DNA from: Chthoniobacteraceae bacterium
GTDB lineage: Bacteria; Verrucomicrobiota; Verrucomicrobiia; Chthoniobacterales; Chthoniobacteraceae
Direction of reading: 5' to 3'
DNA: 64,000 nt
Assembly (NCBI GenBank): GCA_037190965.1
Contig: JBBCKI010000028.1
Location: forward strand, 107,350-171,349
The translations under genes and the position numbers were made by a program. The notes under the pieces were generated by a model, which was not told the origin of the DNA, made no database searches, and saw only the letters and a program-made list of their open reading frames with translations. Position 1 is the first letter of the stretch, and each line of letters starts with the position of its first letter. This document shows positions 59,109 through 64,000 of the stretch, piece after piece.

Positions 59109-59917
59109 TTGCTTTCTCCCGTCTCTGTAACGGCCTCGATCGCCGCAATCACGGAATGAACGGGCCGTTTGGATGCTGTGGCGATCTCGCCGGTTTCCAG
59201 AAGCTGTTTCAACCTATCGAGGTCCTCGTCGATCTGGACCCCCGGCGACTCCCTAAGGATTTTTGCGGCAATCACCCCCAACAACCCCTCCATCGCGTTA
59301 TACTGCATGGTCACCCGCACTTCCGTTCCACGACCGCCAGGTGCGGGATGAAAGCGCACGGAGCCCGCATTCTCCAGATCCGCCCCCGGAAGGCTCTCCC
59401 AGGCGATCAACTCGTTGGGATGCTCATTGATGATCATGGCATCCCACTCCATGGTCCGCCCTCCCGGGACGGTCACGACCCAGTGGGAGCGCAGGTTGTC
59501 GAGCATTTTTACGCTCTTCACATGCTTCATGAAACGGGGGAGATTTTCCAGATCGCGCCAGAACTGGTAGATCTCCTCCGGAGAACGTCGGATCGTGATG
59601 CTCCGCTCCACCTTTGTTCCCAAATTGTCGGGAACGCCGGGCCGGTCCGATGGCGCGCTGCTGATCCCCATGGCTCGATAAAAGGCGCAACGCCCGGAGA
59701 CCCCGCGCCCGAGCAGCGCCGCCCCTGTCGCGCCGAGCAGGAGGCCCGTCAATCGACGCCGGGCCAACCCCAGAAGGAGCAATGCCGCTCCCGCCGCGAT
59801 CGACGCATAGCGCTCTTTTTGGCCCAGATTTCGTCCTTCGTGGGGATGGGGAAACGGCTCGCCGCCGCTGGCTTCAAAGTGTGGGCGTGAATATGCCGTG
59901 GTATTCGAATCTTCCAT
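59105..59917 (-). CDS. SRPBCC (cyclase/dehydrase) family protein with an N-terminal DUF2892-like membrane segment
   Basis: NLGQKER...[52 protein letters not shown] overlap with the dehydrogenase. Confidence 0.88.
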   Translation of the reverse strand: MEDSNTTAYSRPHFEASGGEPFPHPHEGRNLGQKERYASIAAGAALLLLGLARRRLTGLLLGATGAALLGRGVSGRCAFYRAMGISSAPSDRPGVPDNLGTKVERSITIRRSPEEIYQFWRDLENLPRFMKHVKSVKMLDNLRSHWVVTVPGGRTMEWDAMIINEHPNELIAWESLPGADLENAGSVRFHPAPGGRGTEVRVTMQYNAMEGLLGVIAAKILRESPGVQIDEDLDRLKQLLETGEIATASKRPVHSVIAAIEAVTETGESK

Positions 59918-60046
59918 AATGCCTCCCTGTCAGGGGAGCTTCGAGGCCCGGCGCTACGTCGGTTGCAAAGGTTTTTGCGGTTTCGCATGGGAGGCGTTTT
60001 CCTTTTCTGGCGGCCATTCGCGCGGTTGTGCGCGAATCGAAGGTCG

Positions 60047-60703
60047 ATGCGGAAAGCCACTCTTTATTCAAGATTCGGCAAGCGACTTTTGGACCTCGCA
60101 CTCGCCTCCCTCGCGTTGCTTTTCCTGGCACCGGTGATCGCGATCATCGCCATGCTTGTCCGGTGGAAGCTTGGCTCGCCGATCATCTTCAGGCAATGCC
60201 GCCCCGGAAGAAACGGGTTTCCGTTTTCCCTGGTCAAGTTCAGAACCATGCGAGACCTGCGGGATATAGGGGGAAATCCGCTTCCCGATGTCGATCGCCA
60301 GACCGTCTTTGGCAATTTCCTGCGCAACAGCAGTCTCGATGAACTGCCGGAGCTTATGAATGTCCTCAAGGGGGAGATGAGCCTCGTCGGTCCGCGCCCT
60401 CTCCTGATGGAATACCTTCCACGCTACACGCCGGAGCAGAGCCATCGCCATGACGCCTTGCCGGGGATCACCGGTTGGGCGCAGATCAACGGGCGCAATC
60501 TCATTTCATGGGAAGAAAAGTTCGAACTCGACCTCTGGTACGTCGAACACCAGTCGCTTTGGCTCGACCTAAAGATTCTGGCTCTAACGCTCCGGAAAGT
60601 CATCAGGCGGGAAGGGGTGAGCGCTCCGGCTTATTTCAGTTCGCCCGATTTTATGGGATCCGGCCCCGCCGACAAGCCGCCGATCAACCCGAGGCCAAGG
60701 TAG
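60047..60703 (+). CDS. PglC-like monotopic phosphoglycosyl transferase (bacterial sugar transferase)
   Basis: KRLLD, KFRTM, SLDELP, MSLVGPRP, PGITGWAQ. Confidence 0.92.
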   Translation: MRKATLYSRFGKRLLDLALASLALLFLAPVIAIIAMLVRWKLGSPIIFRQCRPGRNGFPFSLVKFRTMRDLRDIGGNPLPDVDRQTVFGNFLRNSSLDELPELMNVLKGEMSLVGPRPLLMEYLPRYTPEQSHRHDALPGITGWAQINGRNLISWEEKFELDLWYVEHQSLWLDLKILALTLRKVIRREGVSAPAYFSSPDFMGSGPADKPPINPRPR

Positions 60704-60710
60704 CTGGGTG

Positions 60711-60813
60711 CGGCGTCGCGGAGCTCCGCCCTCCGCTTTGGGGATTGCCACATTGCTTTCGCCCTGCGCGCGCTCGCCGCGCGGTAGAGGGAGGGCGGAG
60801 CTCCGCGACGCCG
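60711..60813. repeat. Family B REP doublet, copy 3
   Basis: Perfect 24-bp inverted arms CGGCGTCGCGGAGCTCCGCCCTCC / GGAGGGCGGAGCTCCGCGACGCCG; lies between convergent genes. Confidence 0.88.
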
Positions 60814-60831
60814 CCCATGGCCGAAGGCCCT

Positions 60832-61953
60832 CTATTTTTTCTTCTCAACAGGCCCCGGCTCGAAGTCGATCCATTTGACGAGCGGTGTCAGCACCGGCTG
60901 GCCGTCCTGATGCCAAGAGAGGGGAGGGAGCTGCATTTGGCCGATGGGGCAGATCCGCGAAACGCCGAGGGGCGACACGCGCGCGGCGTTCGCCACCGTT
61001 GCCGGGAAAATGCCCACTGTGCTCAGGTGGGGGCGAACCTGTTCCAGCGCTTCCGCAAGATCCTGGTCAGAGGGCAACGGTTTGACAAAAACGGTGCGGT
61101 TCAGGCACGAGGGGGTGAACGCCGGGTCGGGATCGAGAATGACCGTCCAGGCCGTGGAGCTTTCGCTTTGCCACACCGCCGCGTCCGGGTTGGTGGCCGC
61201 GCGGAATGCAAATTCATCGCGCACCGCCGCGATGGCCAGTTGCTCCTCCAGGCTCACCGAGCCTCGGGGGTCTATCTTTTCAAATGTGGCCATTGCGTCA
61301 GCGAGTCGCGCGGCGTACTCCCGGGCAATGGCGCGGGGTACGTAGAAAAGATGTGGAGAGAGGCATCCCTGTTGGTTGAAAAGCGAGGCGTCCCGGGCGG
61401 CATCGGCAACCGACGCGTACCCGGGATCGTCGAACACCACCCCGAAACTCACGCGATGCCCGTGAGCCACAAAGCGTTGGTCGGAGCGCACGCGGGCGTG
61501 AAAATAGTCAATCGTCTCATCACTCCCGAATACCACGACCGCCTCGGCGTCGGTCAACCACGCCCCCGGCAGCTCCCGCGCAATCTCAATCCTTTCGGCA
61601 AGGGCAGGGGGCAGGAAACTTTGGAAGCGCGCGATCTCCGGTAAACCCTCGCCGGGGATCTTGCACCAGTTATGCGAGCCAAGCAGAAGGCCGCGAACCA
61701 GGCTCTGAAGCCCCGCGTGCGCCGTGTTGCCGCTGATAATGTGGAGAATCGTCGCGGGAGCTACGGCTCGCGCAAAAGTTTGGGGTTGCCCTGATGACGG
61801 CGATGGAGCGTACGGTTCGAAGCCGTCCAGCCGCCCGGCATCGCCCAGTTCAGCGCAGACCAGCGCGATCAACCCTTCCTCCGTGACCGGGCCGAGAAAG
61901 GGAAAATGGCGGGCGGCTTCCGCAAGGTGTCGTGCAATCTCGCGCGTCTGCAT
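60832..61953 (-). CDS. LuxC-like acyl-CoA reductase
   Basis: HIISGN, VFGSDET, GHRVSF, catalytic FNQQGCLSP, RICPIGQMQ...HQDG. Confidence 0.85.
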   Translation of the reverse strand: MQTREIARHLAEAARHFPFLGPVTEEGLIALVCAELGDAGRLDGFEPYAPSPSSGQPQTFARAVAPATILHIISGNTAHAGLQSLVRGLLLGSHNWCKIPGEGLPEIARFQSFLPPALAERIEIARELPGAWLTDAEAVVVFGSDETIDYFHARVRSDQRFVAHGHRVSFGVVFDDPGYASVADAARDASLFNQQGCLSPHLFYVPRAIAREYAARLADAMATFEKIDPRGSVSLEEQLAIAAVRDEFAFRAATNPDAAVWQSESSTAWTVILDPDPAFTPSCLNRTVFVKPLPSDQDLAEALEQVRPHLSTVGIFPATVANAARVSPLGVSRICPIGQMQLPPLSWHQDGQPVLTPLVKWIDFEPGPVEKKK

Positions 61954-61959
61954 GGGTGT

Positions 61960-63045
61960 TCAGCTTATCTTTCGCTCGCGTGAGCGCAACATCTCGTCCG
62001 CCGCCCGCGAGCAGCCGCGCGGAAGGGCGGCGGGATCGCGCCCGAGCAGTTCGAAACCTTCCCCGCGCCGGATGGCAAGATCCTGCGTCTGAAGGGCGAG
62101 CACGGAGCCGAGATTGGCGAGGTCGAAGAGCCTGACAACCCCTTGTTCTCCCTCTTTCACTTCCATCCCCGTCTCGGGATCGATCACTAGCGCGCGAGTC
62201 CAGGGCGGCCCGTAGTGAGGCTGCCCGAGGCCGCGCGTGTACCACTGGGAGCTGAGTTCCGTCATGCTGTATTCGTTGAAAATCGACTTCGGCTCAACGG
62301 CCAGTTTTTCGTGAAACAGCGCGTAAAGCGCGGCCTTGGTGAGCGAACGCCCGGTTCCTTTGTAGCCGCCGGTTTCCATGCAGAGGCTGCCGGGGGGGAG
62401 GGGGATCACCGTGTCTGCGAGTTGTTCGAAAAGGTGGAGGAACGCCAGCGCTGTGCCGAGGAGTAGCATCGGCTCCCGGCGTTCGATGGCGTCCGCGCTC
62501 GCACGCCGAAAGGTGGCAAGATCGAGGCCGCCTTCGGCATCCAGGCACCAGGTTTGCGGAGCCAGTGCGCCAAGCGTTCCCATCATATGCGAAAGCGAAG
62601 AGTGCGGGGCGTCCCCGGGGCGGCGAATGAGGATGACCTGCGGAAGCGGCGGAATCTTCAACGCCTCCCACGCCGCGAGGATGGAGGTCTCATAAAGCCG
62701 CAGTGAACGGAAGTCATGGCGGCCGAATCCTTCCCCCGTGGTGCCGCTGGTTTGGAAGGTCGCCACAATCCCGGTCTCCGGGAAAGTGCGCAGGGCGGCG
62801 TGGCGAAACGCGCTCGTCGGCACGGCGGGAATTTCGCGCCAATGCTCAAGATCGCGAGGCGTTTTCGAAAAATTGCAGTACTGAGAGTAAGGGGCATTGG
62901 CTTCCCGCTGGTAACGAAAAATTTCCAGCGCAAGATCGTTAAAACGGGCATCATCCCAACCGCCTGATTCATGCTCAGGGCGGGTGATTGCTTCAAGAAG
63001 CCGGAATTCAAGCGTGCTGTAGGGCATGGGTGCGAAGAGCTTCAT
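61960..63045 (-). CDS. LuxE-like acyl-protein synthetase
   Basis: IP..P..F, FQTSGTTG, METGGYKG, EYSMTELSSQ, DLAN...TQDL, GR...RGCS. Confidence 0.85.
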   Translation of the reverse strand: MKLFAPMPYSTLEFRLLEAITRPEHESGGWDDARFNDLALEIFRYQREANAPYSQYCNFSKTPRDLEHWREIPAVPTSAFRHAALRTFPETGIVATFQTSGTTGEGFGRHDFRSLRLYETSILAAWEALKIPPLPQVILIRRPGDAPHSSLSHMMGTLGALAPQTWCLDAEGGLDLATFRRASADAIERREPMLLLGTALAFLHLFEQLADTVIPLPPGSLCMETGGYKGTGRSLTKAALYALFHEKLAVEPKSIFNEYSMTELSSQWYTRGLGQPHYGPPWTRALVIDPETGMEVKEGEQGVVRLFDLANLGSVLALQTQDLAIRRGEGFELLGRDPAALPRGCSRAADEMLRSRERKIS

Positions 63046-63256
63046 AGCACGCGGGAGCGCCCAGGGGCAACTTGGGTACTTGCGTGGCGGAGGAAAATTC
63101 GTTTGAATGAGTCTGGCCCGGAACCTGCGGTTTGGGGATGGGGTGAATGCTCGTAATTTCCTCCAGAAAACTTCAAAACCAGAATCCGACGCTCCCCAGG
63201 TCGATCAATCGGCCAACAAACCGGCCCCTCCGGCGACTTTTGCAACTTTTGCTCCT

Positions 63257-63646
63257 ATGAACGAATTCATCCAGCCCGCGAACACGAAGAACGTGCTTTC
63301 CAACGATATCGAGATCAAAGGCACTCTGATTTTCAAGAGTGACATGGTGCTCGACGGCAAGGTCGAGGGAGAAATCTCTTCTCCCGGGACGTTGACGCTC
63401 GGCCAGAACGCCGAGGTGCATGGCGAAATCAAGACCCACTCGGTCGTCATCCGTGGGATGGTCAACGGCAACGTCACCGTCGAGGACCGCTGCGAACTGC
63501 GCGGCGAGGCCCAGTTGGTGGGCGATCTCAAGGCGTCGCGCCTCGTGATGGAGCAGGACGCCACGTTGGTGGGCAAGTCCGAGGTGACCCCGAAGAAAAA
63601 TCTGGCTGGAGCGGCCCGCCCTGCTGAAGTGGCGAAGCCGGCTTAG
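63257..63646 (+). CDS. Bactofilin (polymer-forming cytoskeletal protein); start may extend upstream
   Basis: IEIKGTL...LDGKVEGEI...LTLGQNAEVHGEI...GMVNGNV...LVGDL...MEQDATLVG beta-helix repeats. Confidence 0.88.
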   Translation: MNEFIQPANTKNVLSNDIEIKGTLIFKSDMVLDGKVEGEISSPGTLTLGQNAEVHGEIKTHSVVIRGMVNGNVTVEDRCELRGEAQLVGDLKASRLVMEQDATLVGKSEVTPKKNLAGAARPAEVAKPA

Positions 63647-63664
63647 CCCGTTGGCGGACGGCAA

Positions 63665-63811
63665 GGTAGCCCGCTCTCGCCGAGAAGCGCGGGATGGGTT
63701 TACGAGTCGCGTTTGACGCTCATCCCCGCAGGGCGGGCTGCTGGTGTGAGGATGAGGCTTTATGAAGCCACGGTAGTCGATACCCGCGCTCGGCGGCGCG
63801 AGCGTGCTACC
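63665..63811 (+). repeat. Family A REP doublet, copy 4
   Basis: GGTAGCCCGCTCTCGCCGAG ... CGGCGCGAGCGTGCTACC. Confidence 0.88.
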
Positions 63812-63841
63812 GTCTCGCGCCAAGGACGCCAGCCCCGCCAA

Positions 63842-63987
63842 GGTAGTCCGCTCTCGCCGAGAGCGCGGGATGGGTTTACGAGTCGCGTTTGACGCTCATC
63901 CCCGCAGGGCGGGCTGCTGGTGTGAGGATGAGGCTTCATGAAGCCACGGTAGTCGATACCCGCGCTCGGCGGCGCGAGCGTGCTACC
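63842..63987 (+). repeat. Family A REP doublet, copy 5 (tandem with copy 4, 177-bp period)
   Basis: Nearly identical to 63665-63811. Confidence 0.88.
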
Positions 63988-64000
63988 GGTGCTACCGCAC

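Noticed and set aside
60832..63045. Bioluminescence operon
   Set aside because: No luxA, luxB, luxD or luxG in the window.
63665..64000. Possible CRISPR array
   Set aside because: The units are ~147 bp with conserved interiors. There are no unique spacers and no cas genes.
1..64000. tRNA, rRNA, riboswitch, integrase or transposase genes
   Set aside because: None recognised by eye; an Infernal/Rfam scan would be needed to exclude small RNAs.

Overview
GC-rich bacterial DNA, most likely Verrucomicrobiota (inferred from a Verru_Chthon-type four-pilin cassette and a PEP-CTERM protein). It begins inside a giant filamentous-haemagglutinin-family (DUF3739-type) gene (<1-8581). Next is a ~27 kb carbohydrate-utilisation locus (8654-35419). 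This holds two GH29 fucosidases, a GH88/GH105-like enzyme, an SGNH esterase, a LamG-containing putative glycosidase, a CBM9/GH123-like protein, AraC and GntR-LacI regulators, the pilin cassette and the PEP-CTERM protein, but no recognisable transporter. The locus carries two modules of amidohydrolase-fold protein plus Rieske ferredoxin. Their metal motifs (DxH/ExH...H...E...DYPHWD) look like PtmU3/AibH-type dinuclear C-H hydroxylases rather than hydrolases, and one module is translationally coupled to a glycosidase. This glycan-linked oxygenase system is the best candidate for an undescribed system here. The rest of the window has parC/parE, a NemR-like redox module with two identical operators, a DsbA-NhaA fusion, an ATP-grasp/alpha-E/transglutaminase operon, a DUF58/BatA/VWA cluster without MoxR, a Zn-dehydrogenase/SRPBCC pair, a PglC-like transferase, a LuxE/LuxC-like pair and a bactofilin. 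Non-coding DNA holds two REP/REPIN families, two different ~160 bp MITE-like elements and a candidate shared operator. I saw no tRNA, rRNA or CRISPR array. All family calls are by motif recognition only; no database search was run.
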